DNA of 64,000 nucleotides from Paragordius varius (Eukaryota > Animalia > Nematomorpha): assembly GCA_964247055.1 (NCBI GenBank), contig OZ176056.1, positions 6,758,001 through 6,822,000 on the forward strand. The letters are read 5' to 3'. The position numbers were made by a program, and so were the translations under genes. Below are positions 29,401 to 40,345 of the stretch, piece after piece; within the stretch, counting starts at the first letter, position 1; the number at the start of each line of letters is the position of its first letter. The notes below the pieces were generated by a model. The model made no database searches. It worked only from the letters and a program-made list of their open reading frames with translations, and was not told the DNA's origin.

Positions 29401-29866
29401 TCATTTGATTTAATATACTCTCTGATTAATATTAGGTAATAGATACTTATTTTTATTCAACTCAATTATTCAACTATACAATCACGACAATAAAAGAGCA
29501 TCAGCAGACTATTATTTCTAATGTAAATTTAATAAATTTTATCAAAAAGCATATTAATAAATATTGGTTAAGCATTAAGCATGCAAGGGATTTATTCGGT
29601 ATAAAATTTTATGTTCTAAACCCGTTTGCATACTCGTTTCTATAATCCAAATTTCATCTTTATCTAAAAATATAACAATGGGACATCAACGAATGACATT
29701 TCATTATTATAAAATAACGTAGTAATAAATACCTTAAAAAATGTCCCAAGTTATTTATTGCCATTAGACATTTTTAAAGATTCTTTGTTCGCTTAAAATT
29801 AATAGTTAACTATTCAATTGCATATATTTTAACCGTGAATCATATTGATTTTGAAGCAATGAAATA

Positions 29867-29907
<41 letters not shown>

Positions 29908-32808
29908 CATCTATGGATGTATTGGTTTCAAGTTTAAAAGGATCACTGGAAGCTGTGAATAAAAATTTCATCTGGGGTCCCGGTACGACTGTGATTTTTA
30001 ACTATATAAAATACACTTATATGCATTATATCAAAATAAAATAAAAGTGTTTTCCAAAAAAATGTAATGATCTATGATATCATTTAAAAGTCAATGTTTA
30101 TACAGACCATATATATATATATATATTATTTATATAAAGTTAGTAAAATTTTCTGTCCTTAGTCATACTGATTATAGATATCAAAAAAGAATCAAAATTG
30201 GTAGATACTAGACCAGGGGTGCCCATCACACGGACTCTAAGACTTTGTGTGCGGCCCGCTGAATATCAATAGTTGGCTAGATGCTCACAAAATCTTGGTA
30301 AAATGATATTTTTTAAAATTTCTAAATAATTCTATCTAATTGGTGACGAAATAGAAAAAAATTGTTATATCGTGGTTATATTTTGCAACTGTCTTATGTT
30401 GAGACATAATAAATGATTTAATGCTCATATCAAATGCGGCCAGCGAAGCCGTTTGTGGAAGACAATAAAAGGGAAAAACACAACTAAAATCAACATTCTA
30501 AATATATAATATCTTAAATCCTTCTTTTATCATAGTAAAACTAAATAAACTAGTTAATTACATCACTGATTGCCCGTATAAACGCAATTTCAAAGATTTG
30601 TGTAATCATTAGAACGAAAGAATTGATATCAGTGACGGATGATATGGATTCATCCGTGTAATTATTATTTGTATCATACAAAAAGGTCACGTTGGAAATT
30701 ATAAACCGGACACTCAATTGACTAGTCTCAATGTGGTCATTACTTATATTAGTGTTATTATTATTCATAGTAGTCTCTTTGTCAATTCTATATAATATCA
30801 ACGGATTTTGCCATCTAAATGAAAATATAAAATTTTTTTAAATATGATTACAATAATACTATCTGAATTTAGTTATGATTGAAATTGAACAAATTAATAT
30901 AACACCATGCATAATATACTTAATCAGAATTCTAATTGTTTTTTTTGGTTTTGGGTCTTACTAGGATAAATTCATATTCACTTAGCAATTTCTTCGCAAG
31001 GAACATTAAAAAAATTGCGCAGATTATGCTAAATAAATTTTTGATGAAAGCCAAATGCCTCATTGTAAAAATATCTGAATATATAATAGATATGTTTAAA
31101 AAGCATAATAATATGTAAAATATTTAAGATATAGGCTCCAAAACTTCAAATATTTGTAACCCTCTTAAATCAAGGGTGTGCCGAGATTGCAAAACTAAAA
31201 TTATATATGCTAGATTATCACGTCAAATAGACTAAATGTTTAATTTAAATTTAATTTTTTGCAAAATTATATTAAAGCGTATTTTATGGTGTTTTATAAT
31301 CAATGGTTAAAAACACTTAAGGATATAAATGAATACTTTTTTACAACTGAATATTTCTATCATTTATCGATTTTTAAAGATAGGTTCGAGTTTAAATAGT
31401 TTGATATTAACAGTTTTTTCAAAATATTACTTAGATATATGTTCGATTCAAAGTTCCCCAGGTGACAGAGATATTTGCACGTAAAAAAGTGTTTTTATAA
31501 TATCCAGTTTTTAAACGTTTTTCTTATGCTTCGAAATTCTATAAAATACGCATCAACACAACTCTGTTAAAAATTCAATGCCGAGAATGCATATTGTTAA
31601 AATTTTTGGAGTTGTATATTAACAATTTGACTAGAGCAATCTCAGAGTTTTTGTGTTTAATTAAACTAGCCGAATTTAGAGGAGTCAAAAAATTTAAGAA
31701 TTTCGCCGCTTTTATTTTCAGAATAAAATTATAAATACATTTTGCTTTTAAAACATATAATAGTTTTTGGAATGGGGCATTTAACTTACACCAAAAATGT
31801 TTATGTAATTTGATGTGCGCCAATTTTGATTTTTCAATTATATATTATTAAATTGAAATATTTACTTTAATCACCCTTAAGGATGAAAACTAAAAGCACC
31901 ACGAAATCTGGATGATATCAAAATCATCAGGATAATTATGATACCCCCAATTTTATACACTGTCAAATTATAATCATGATTGTGACGTTTTTTAAATTAG
32001 CCAGTCAATGACATGTGAATTATTATCATTTCAAATAATTTAACACATATTAAAATCAATAATAAAATGTAGGAAATTTAAATTATATTAGGATATTACA
32101 CCATTTATAATTAATTTAACTGGTCAAATTATATTTTTTTTATTTATGCGTGATATGCTGAAACAAACAAATAATTGGTCCATATAGGTTGGACTATTTT
32201 ATCAGTATAAAACCCATTCATAATTCTACCACACCCATAAAAAAGTTAGGGTTTACGTGTTGGCGTATACTGAATATTTTTGTGGTCCCAGAAGCTCCTC
32301 CAAAGTATATGTTTGAGTTGTCATAAAATATTTCATTCGAAGGCACATTACTTGAGCTATAAAGTTTATATACAAAGATTAATATCAAAAATGCTTATGT
32401 TATGCCCCTTTCAAAAAGTAGTTATGCAAAAATTAAACTAACTGGTAAAAATATTCTTAATATTCAGAACATAACAAGGAAAGAAATATTTGACAAATTA
32501 ATATATTAGTGATACTAAACGTAATTTAGTATTATTTTCATCTTATGACAGATTAAAAATAGTTTTAAACGAATTCTATTCAAAAGCACTAAAACTGCTT
32601 AAATGCAAAGAACTGGAAAAACACGAATATTAAATTTATTCAAGGAATCTGTATTTTTACAAGAATAGTTTGTACCTCTTTCGGTTGATGTTGTTTGATT
32701 ATCAAAAATAATTTCTTCTTCTATTAAACAACCGACGTTGCCCAATGCAGCCATTAAACACAATGCAATTAATAAAGCCATTTTTATTTCAATTGACGGT
32801 GGCCACAT
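10761..32808 (-). CDS. Gene A: uncharacterised secreted or surface glycoprotein, about 612-621 aa, with signal peptide and C-terminal hydrophobic tail (GPI signal or tail TM)
   Basis: Minus-strand exons: 32808(or 32781)-32676, 32356-32257, 30814-30562, 30001-29909, 26565-26406, 26369-26306, 25099-24975, 24902-24770, 22918-22680, 19804-19534, 11055-10761. All are GT-AG and phases chain into one open 1866-nt frame. N-terminus MALLIALCLMAALGNVGC; C-terminus SMSILISFVFALLVLQSSN*. Exons were validated by collinear similarity to gene B. Boundaries of exons 6-8 are less certain. Confidence 0.75.
11610..12990 (-). mobile_element. 5'-truncated RTE-type non-LTR retrotransposon (RT fragments) in the last intron of gene A
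   Basis: KKGNPHLCQNYRMI, QAGFRAKRNT, DFSMAFDTINH, GVRQGCVLSPLLFNLY, degenerate SADD, YLGS and GTRRRGRPQKRW, with frameshifts. An (ACA)n-like tail lies near 11620. Confidence 0.9.
13256..14416. mobile_element. Foldback-type MITE of about 1.16 kb (almost entirely an inverted repeat), TA-flanked, Tc1/mariner-like
   Basis: 13256-13830 is the reverse complement of 13860-14416, for example TTCATTTGCCGCAAAA/TTTTGCGGCAAATGAA and AGTAGTGGAATATCAA/TTGATATTCCACTACT. The right end abuts a (TA)n run. Confidence 0.85.
15668..18437 (+). mobile_element. Non-autonomous Helitron-like element containing a long tandem array
   Basis: 5' end A|TCTATATATTTATAAAAATGG. 3' end has a GCGAAGC-centred hairpin (18408-18425) followed by CAGCTAA (CTRR at 18434-18437). 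The following base is A rather than the canonical T. Confidence 0.65.
15800..18040. repeat. Degenerate tandem array of about 14 monomers of 153-186 bp, mostly organised as A/B dimers of about 320 bp
   Basis: Anchor motifs recur near 15807, 15988, 16174, 16337, 16503, 16660, 16873, 17026, 17193, 17348, 17513, 17672, 17825 and 17980. Type A GGCTACCCGCCTAAAACTGCGCCACCATAT alternates with type B TTAGGCCCTTTACGCCCTAAAAAATGCGCCAC. There is an extra duplication of about 58 bp near 16660-16720. Confidence 0.85.
18486..18753. mobile_element. TA-flanked MITE (CAGTAAAAATT ends), nested in the hAT element
   Basis: TA|CAGTAAAAATT...AATTTTTACTG|TA with an inverted TATACGGACAAAACGT motif. Related copies lie at 63338-63608 and about 26940-27060. 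Confidence 0.8.
20102..21017. mobile_element. hAT-type MITE with many GAACCGG/CCGGTTC subterminal repeats
   Basis: TIRs CAGGGCTTGGAAC and CAGGTCTTGGAAC (reverse complement). 8-bp TSD TTATAAAA/TTATAAAT (7 of 8 match). Confidence 0.85.
21339..21828. mobile_element. Degenerate hAT-type MITE
   Basis: Ends TAGGGCTTCGA and CATGGCTTCGA (reverse complement). Flanks GAAATAAC/AAAATATC (6 of 8 match). Internal GAACCG motifs. Confidence 0.5.
23521..23900. repeat. Dispersed repeat of about 400 bp; second copy at about 33866-34265
   Basis: Shared blocks such as GGGGTATCT.AATA..CCCCAGGC, TAAAATTAAAGCTAATTTTT and AACATTGATAGAAA occur in the same order and orientation. Confidence 0.75.
27200..27760 (+). mobile_element. 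Decayed hAT transposase fragment
   Basis: VDKIAAKLHLW resembles DKIxAFxxKLxLW, and TYCERKYS resembles the TYLCExxFS dimerisation motif. Confidence 0.55.
28000..28600 (-). mobile_element. Decayed LINE RT fragment interrupted by a MITE
   Basis: APTLDQIRKISNNMK and YWQKGNIPVFVKK lie on either side of the MITE at 28239-28440. Confidence 0.5.
28239..28440. mobile_element. MITE derived from the Tc1/IS630-like element at 33579-36385
   Basis: CAATCATGTATCC...GGATACATGACTG|TA, with an internal sequence matching the TIR of the long element. Confidence 0.85.
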
Positions 32809-33578
32809 TATTACAAAATAAAAAATATATTATGTTTTATAAAATTGTATTTTGTTAAATTAAAATGTGAATAACCTTATAAAAATGTACTGAAAAACTA
32901 ATATATTAATACTAACTTCCAATTAAACAAAGAACGTTAAGGTTCAAGTGTTAAATGTTTGTTTTCAACAGGTAGATAATCTCAATAACCTAGGTTTTTG
33001 CCACTTACAACCTCAACAAAATTATGGCTTAATGGTTTTGAAAATAAAAGGTATCTAATTATAAAATTTTTGAACGGATAAATCAATTTTTGAATAGCGG
33101 TGTTTAAATACAACAAAAATAACGATAAAAATTTTATAGCGACATAATGGGTAATGTAGTATCAAAAACCTGGCGTCTAAATTGGGTCCCCTTTTGTTCA
33201 AATTTGTTGTTATAAACTATTTTTGGTTTATTATAAGGTTTAACAAATCTAAGATCCTGACTTTAAATATTGAATGTACTTTTTTTATAAATTTTGTTAA
33301 ATTCTCGCTTCCCTAGTTTATTAAATCCTATGACATTTTAATTTTCACCGACTGAAATTCTATAATAACACCATTGTTAGATTTAATATAATCTTATACC
33401 AATTTATAATTGGAATTAAAGTTAAGAGGCAAAATTTACGTATACCACTCTCCAAAGGAGTGTCTCATATTTCTATTTTATTTATTGTGTAAAATCATAA
33501 AATCAATAAAAAAACCCAAAGCTCTTGCCCGTAAAAATATAAGTAAAAAGAATCTAATTTTATATTAAATACGTATTA

Positions 33579-34534
33579 CAGTCATGTATACTTTATATTA
33601 TCAAAAATTTACTTTTTTTCGTTAAATGGGTATAAATATTTGGTATAGAATAGAAAAACAAGAGCTCTATGGTATTGACCATATCATATTCATTAAAAGA
33701 GTAAAAGAAGTGTGGAGGAAGGGCGTCGGAAATCTTTGGTAAAAAAATGAAAATCTTAAAATATTGTTAAAGAAGAATGGTTATATTTTTGTTATTTTTT
33801 TTAGCAAAATTTTATACATTATTTTTTTTTAATAAAATTTTTATTTAACACCTAGATTCAAATTGGGGTATCTAAATATACCCCAGGCTAACTTTGAGTT
33901 AGGATCTTTAAAATATTTAAAGAAACGGTCCCAATTTAAATTTATGCTTATATCCTAATAAAAATTATATAAATATGCCAAAATATCTAAATAAAATTTT
34001 GTTTTGAAAAAAAAGTTCCATGTCAAACTACTTTGACGACATTTTTATTTTTACAAAATATTAGCAAAATGTCCTCTTCATTTAGTTTTAAGGGTAAAAT
34101 TAAAGCTAATTTTTTATTTAAGTCTCATCTAACATTGATAGAAATAGAAAAAGCGATTTATTTTGTATTATTTTTCAATTTTACCATAGCATAAATGTCA
34201 CGTTGACTAAATTTTTACCCTTCGGTTTTAGCTTGAAATAAGTAAAACCAAGTATTTTTGAGTATATCCAAGTGTTAAACAAAACAAATTAACCACTTAA
34301 ATATAGAATTTGTATAGGCAAAAAAAAATTTATTATAATTTATTTAATAGGATAACACAATAAATAAAACAAACATATAACGGACAAAATATAAGGATTT
34401 AATCAATTGTATATATATATATATATAAGGAAAACATAGGAAATGAATATGGATTATATAGCGTTTATAAAAAAATATTATCGAACTGAATGCGTTTCAT
34501 CCTAACATGCTCTATTTTGGGAAATTTAAAAACA

Positions 34535-34568
<34 letters not shown>

Positions 34569-36385
34569 AGTTTACCACTATTTTAACCTATTGAATGTTT
34601 TTTCTATAATAATTATTTAAAAAAAGCAAGATATATCTGGAAATTATTTTTACATCGTACTGTGCCATCAAAGAAAAACGAAATCGTCTCTGATGCTTAC
34701 AATAAATGATGGTTAAAATTGTTTTCATTCTCCAACCTTATTTTTTTTTAAAGCAACATCAATTAAATTTCTTTTTGAAAAATCATAATAATTTTGAAGA
34801 GAATTTGTTTTTCTTTCGTCGCACAATCTTTTGATTCTGGGCAATATTGTTCCTAGAATGTAGTGCATCATGGTTTTTACCCATAATAAAATTTTAATTC
34901 GTGAAAAAAACATTCAATAGGATTAAGTTGCGGCGAATAAGGTGGTAATTGCTTGTTTCTTAAATTACCCAAAATATAACATTTATGAATGGGTGCGTTG
35001 TCGCAAATCACAAACGCATCTTGTGGTAACATGGCTAAAGACTCCTCCAAAAATGGCTTAAAAGTCTCGCCATTGAACGCTCCCTGTTTGATGCTATAAT
35101 TCAACACTCTGTATACCAATCATACACAAGAAAGAGACGTTTTTACCTATAATAAACAAAGATATCCCTTTATTAGCCCTTTACGATAGATGCCTGTCCT
35201 TGCCCGACCGAATATATTTTTTGCTATCAATAAAAACCCCAACTCATCTAAATAATAGATTTTGTCTAAGGGTATACCGTTCACAAGACAGGCATACTCA
35301 AATCGTTTCTGAATAACCAGCGAGGAATTGCGCTGTTGAGGTTCCATAATCACCTTTTGCGCGTGTAGTTTATTATTTTAAATATTTTATATAAGTTTTT
35401 TTTGGATATTTTGCATTCTGTAGGTTTATTCAGAAACTCCTCGACATTCACAATCACTATCGAAGATTGTTTTGACCTGTCTGGCTAGACCTTCATTGCA
35501 TTTCATTTTCCTACCCTTTTTCAATGGTTCTTTCTCTATTCCCAGAGTCATGCTTCGCCTCATAGCATTTATGGAACTTATAGACTTGTCTAAATCATCT
35601 AAAAAATGACGAGACGATAATTCATGATTTCTGAGATTCCCGAAATTTGTAAGCCTTAGACTTTTTTTTCATCTGACCAAATTTTAAAAATAGCAAAAAC
35701 GGTACTTTATTTTCCTCTACCGTTTAATGAAGTTGTCATATTTTCATTCCCGATTTCATTAACATAAAGTTAAATGAAAAAAACCATTGTTGCCAGGCAC
35801 AATATTTTGTGTGGGTCTTATATCTTCGTCAACATAATCTGAATCTAACATTATAAACGAATAACACCATCAAGGACACCAGGACAAGTCTCTACTATCA
35901 ATTCATTCCCGTCGATCTCATTAACACCTAAAGTCTAAATGAAAAACCATTGTTGCCAGGCACAATATTTTGTGTGGGTCTTATATCTTCATCAACATAA
36001 TCTGAATCTAACATTATAAAGGAAAAAATACCCGCAATACCAGGGTTACATCCTAACGAAATTGGATCAAAGTGATTATTTAATATAGCATCTATCGTAA
36101 ATCTCCCTTTTAAAATCGTTCCCATATCAAAACAAAAAAATTACTATTGAGATAAAAATTACGATTTTCCCAACCCTTTTATACAATAATTTTAAGTGAA
36201 GGGTTAGTTGTTAGTGTATTTTCATTTTTTACCAAATATTTCCGAAACCCTTCCCCCACACTTCTTTTACTCTTTAATATGATATGGTTAATACCATAGA
36301 GCCCTTTTTTTCTATTCTTTACCAAATATTTATACCCATTTAACAAAAAAAGTAAATTTTTGATAACATAAAGTATACATGACTG
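33579..36385 (-). mobile_element. Tc1/mariner-IS630 superfamily transposon with TIRs of about 200 bp and a decayed DDE transposase
   Basis: TA|CAGTCATGTATAC...GTATACATGACTG|TA. Minus-strand peptides YYLDELGF, VICDNAPIH and LPPYSPQLNPIECFFHELK (34877-35353) are split by frameshifts. Confidence 0.9.
35770..36020. repeat. Direct duplication (about 90 bp near-identical, about 165 bp period) inside the Tc1-like element
   Basis: AAAAACCATTGTTGCCAGGCACAATATTTTGTGTGGGTCTTATATCTTC occurs twice. Confidence 0.85.
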
Positions 36386-36989
36386 TATATCCTTAATTAA
36401 ATATTTTGTTATAATTTTCTCGATTCGTCTGAAACTAGGAAAGAGTACCTTGCCTTAAAAAATACACTATTCTATGAATCAGGGAATATTTACCACGAAC
36501 CATTTTAAAACATTAAAATTTTTCTACATTTTAATGAAATTGTTTTACGTCCCGAAATTTGGCAAGGTGTGTGGTCTTAATATATATATTGCACTAGAGA
36601 AAGGTAAAAAACTACAAATACTTAAATTTAGACATTATTTATTTCCTAATAATATTAATTTTGGAAATTTTTATATACAATTGGATATGGAAAATATTTT
36701 TTTAAAGGATGGATAAAATATAATGATTCAGCATTATTAAAACTTCCCACTTTTTTAAATCTTATGCCAGTGTGAGATAAGATTATGGGCTGAATTAAAA
36801 TTATGCATTATTAGATTTTAAGAAACATATAAAACATGTATAATTTTGTAATGCATCTTAAACTCACCGTTTCATTTTGAATATTCGCTATTACGACTCG
36901 TAAATTGTCTATTCTTTATGATTAAAAAAGTAAATATTTTACTTATTGATATTTATTTAAATATCAGCTGTTTGTTTCAATCGGGTTGT

Positions 36990-39900
36990 GATATATTCAA
37001 ATTTGGACTTCGGAAGTTATTATTATAGCAAAGATCGTTGTCGATTTATTGCTTTTCGAAGGTATATTTTGTTTATTCGATTGTAAGCGAGTGCTGTTAG
37101 CTGTTGTAAAGAAAGATTGGTTTTGATTAGGTTTTCGATCCAGCGCATCTTGCAGCGTCCACGTTTCGTGGATCCTTCGACCTTGCATGTTATTAGTTGG
37201 AATTTCAAGTCATTAGCTCTGATAATGTGACCAAAGTATGATTATTTCATTTTGAGGCACATGCCGATCAGGTGTATCTCGGGATTTATTTTGTCAAAGA
37301 TTACGGTGTTCTTTATTTTGTCTTTCCAGGTTTGTAGTATCTTCCGCCAGCACCACATTTCAAAGGCGTTAATGTAAATTTCGTCATCCTTTTTTATTGT
37401 CCAACTTTCTGACGCGTATGGCATGAGTTAACTAATGGGACTTTTTGAGTTTGATGTCGTGTGAGGACCATAGTTTATTATATTCTATCATTTTTGATTT
37501 AGCGATTCCTATTCTGTTCTGATGTCGGGGTGCTGTTGTTAATCGTATTGATAAGACTGCCTAAATAAGTGTATTGGGAGGTGTTACATGCAAATTTGAA
37601 ATATATACTTTGGTTGTATATCATAATTTTCTGTGAGATTTGATGTTACATGCAAATTTGCAATATATACTTTGGTTGTATATCATAATTTTCTGTGAGA
37701 TTTGATGTTACATTCAAATTTGAAATATAAACTTTGGTTGTATATTATAATTTTCTGTGAGATTTGAATTGTATTATATTTGTATTTTTTTGGTACTATG
37801 TAAATTATCCTTTGCTACTAAAAATTTTATCGTTATAATGCAAAATATGTACACCTAAAATTAGTATATATATAAAGCACAAAAAAATCGAATAAATAAA
37901 TTTTCACGTTTCTTATATTTTTTTCTCTTCAAATTAATAGGATACTACTTCGATTTTTGGTTGTTAAAGGATAAATTGTTGTAATGATTCTGAGCGTTTA
38001 TATTCATAATTTTAGTTTTTTTGTAGTTGATCATCAGACCGAATTTTCGACATTCAGTTGAAAATTCTGTTAAGAGTTTTTTTAGGTTGTCCACTGAATT
38101 TGACAACAGCATAGTGAGGTGATGATAATGCCGGCGATGCTTATGCCATTAGCTTTATCTCTATTTCCTAATACACTTTCTATGCAAACGTTAAAAAGAG
38201 TCGGTGAGAGGACGCATTCTTGTCGTAAACCATTGTTCATTCGTATTCAATTTTGCGCCGTGTGGGGTTTTTATTTAATGATGAATTGGAGTAAAGGGAT
38301 TTGATGATGTTTATAATATAATTCAATACTCCAATCTGAGATAGTGCCATCCACAGCATGTCGTGCTTCACGCTGTCAAAGGCCTTTGAAAAATCAATGA
38401 AGCAGATATGGGTTTCTTTCTGAAATTCAATTTGTTTTTTAAATATCCAGCGTATATTGCTAATCATGTCTCTCTGCATCCGAAATTGGTTCTAAATCCC
38501 GCTTGGGTGTTAGAAAGTTCGGCTTCATTTATGCCTTGGATATGCCTGTGAATTATTTTGAGAAAACTTTTGAGGCTAGGTTGATAAGCGTTATAGTTCT
38601 ATAGTTGTTAAATGATTTAGGATCGCCTTTTTTGAAGATGGGGATGAGTATTAATTTGCACCAATCTTGGGGGAATGAGGCATGAGCAAATATCTTTTGG
38701 AATAAATCAGTTAGGATATGAATTGGGATAAAACGAATGAGTTCTGTTGGGATATCGTTTTACCCCTCCGATTTATTGTTTGGGTAATGGTTGGGCGCCC
38801 ATTCAACTTCTTCTTTGATGATCTGCGGGTCATGTTGATAGATATTACTATTTTTATCGGCGTTTGATAGGCTGGTGCCGTATAGCTTTAATACATATTG
38901 TTCCCATTGTTCCACCAGGGTTTTTTTGTCTGTAATGATATCTCCATCTTCCTTTCTCATTGGGCCTTTGTAGCTTTTAGCCTACGTGTTGCAATATGAT
39001 CTACTTTAGCAAAGTAGTTGTTGTTATATTTATCAGCCTTTTCTAATTTTGAGCACAGCTGATTGTAGGGATCATTTTTGTCATCCCGAGCGCTTTTTTG
39101 GAACTCTGCGTTAAGTGATTTGTCCTCTGCCGTATAATTATTGCGTTTTGATTGGCGCCGTTTGTCCGATAAATCTAAATTTTTTTTGTGATAGCTTAAT
39201 TTTGTTATGATGATATTTTTGAATAGGCATGCATTCTCTGGTTGAAGTTCCCGTGATATTTTGTATTGTTTCCCAAAGATTTTCAGTGTCATCGTCAATT
39301 TCGGGTGTTTTGAATCTGTTTTCGAGTAACAAAGGAACCTCGGGGTCATAGCAAAAAATCTAATTTGGGATTATGCAGAGATTTTAGTTTGCGTGAGAGT
39401 ACTGGTTTAATTTTAAGTTTAGCAACAAGGGGATTATGATCAGAATAACAGTCGGAACCAGGGTAGGTTTTTACGTTCATAAATGAAGATTTATATTTTT
39501 GCATACCGAGAATAAAGTGGATTTGGTTTCTGTGCCTCTTGCAAGGTGAGGTCCATGTGTATAGCCTTCTCTTAGGTTGTTGGAAAAAGGAGTTTGAGAT
39601 GAAGAATTTATGTTCGCTGCAAAATTCTATGAGGCGGTCGCCTCTATTGTTTTTGTTTCCCAGTCTTTTCCCACCAGTGATTTGGTGTGTATTATCAATA
39701 CCTACTGTCGCGTTAAGGTCGCCCAATACAAATATCATGTCTCTTTTGGGAACTTTCTTAATAGCTGAGCTGAGGGCCTCTTAAAATTGTTCGGAATCTT
39801 CTTCGTTGTTAGAGTTAGAAGGAGCATAGATTTAGAATATTGTTTTTGATTGTGGAGACGAGTTATATCGAAGTGATGTTATGCGATCGCTGTGTGTATG

Positions 39901-40345
39901 GTAATTTTCAGAGTTGGCAAGTGATTTGGTCATTATTAGGGCCACTCCGTTTTATTTAAGGGATCATGACCTGAGTATATTAGGATGTGATTTTCATATT
40001 CTATGTAACCGTTAAATGGGATGTGGGGTTCTGCTAATACACTCTTGCCGAGTTTCCCCATTTCTTTTATAATAACTCTGATTTTGTTGGTGGTCCCGCT
40101 TGAATTCCATGTACCAATACATAAAGACAAATCGCTGTTAAAACAGGCATTGTCTAAATTTGATTGGTTTAGATGATGTGGAAAATGAGGGAGGATGTGT
40201 TAGCGATAGATTAGTTTGTGATGAAGGATATGAGGAAAAAATGAGTTCCATTATGGATGATGATGATATTTTATAGGTAATTATTTGGTATGTTCACTCC
40301 CGAGGTGCGTATACCTTTTAATTTTATAGGAAATCTTGCTTACAT
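36990..40345 (-). mobile_element. Near full-length decayed RTE-type LINE (APE endonuclease plus RT)
   Basis: IGTWNSSG, VLGDLNATVG, YTWTSP, NQIHFIL, YPGSDCYSDHNPLVAKL, DFSKAFDSVKH and PYASESWTIKK, with many frameshifts and an internal non-LINE insertion near 37560-37980. Confidence 0.9.
37583..37766. repeat. Three tandem copies of a 62-bp unit
   Basis: GTTACATGCAAATTTGAAATATATACTTTGGTTGTATATCATAATTTTCTGTGAGATTT starts at 37583, 37645 and 37707. Confidence 0.95.

Noticed and set aside
29570-29663. Exon-like stretch KDEIWIIETSMQTGLEHKILYRINP, weakly like B exon 6
   Set aside because: It runs into a stop without a usable donor, does not fit the phase chain, and is in the wrong order.
30330-30497. 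Candidate extra exon in gene A (NVDFSCVFP...)
   Set aside because: Exon 3 joins exon 4 in phase without it, as in gene B. It has no compatible donor and overlaps hAT MITE-like sequence starting at 30214.
31430-31470. GTTCGA T-loop-like motif
   Set aside because: No cloverleaf, A box or acceptor stem.
30120-32808. Family labels for genes A/B (SEA domain, Cys-loop receptor, class C GPCR/ANF-receptor F-R-x-x-SD, TMEM132, FN3, discoidin, CUB)
   Set aside because: Each rests on one short motif and none extends along the spliced protein; the diagnostic residues are missing.
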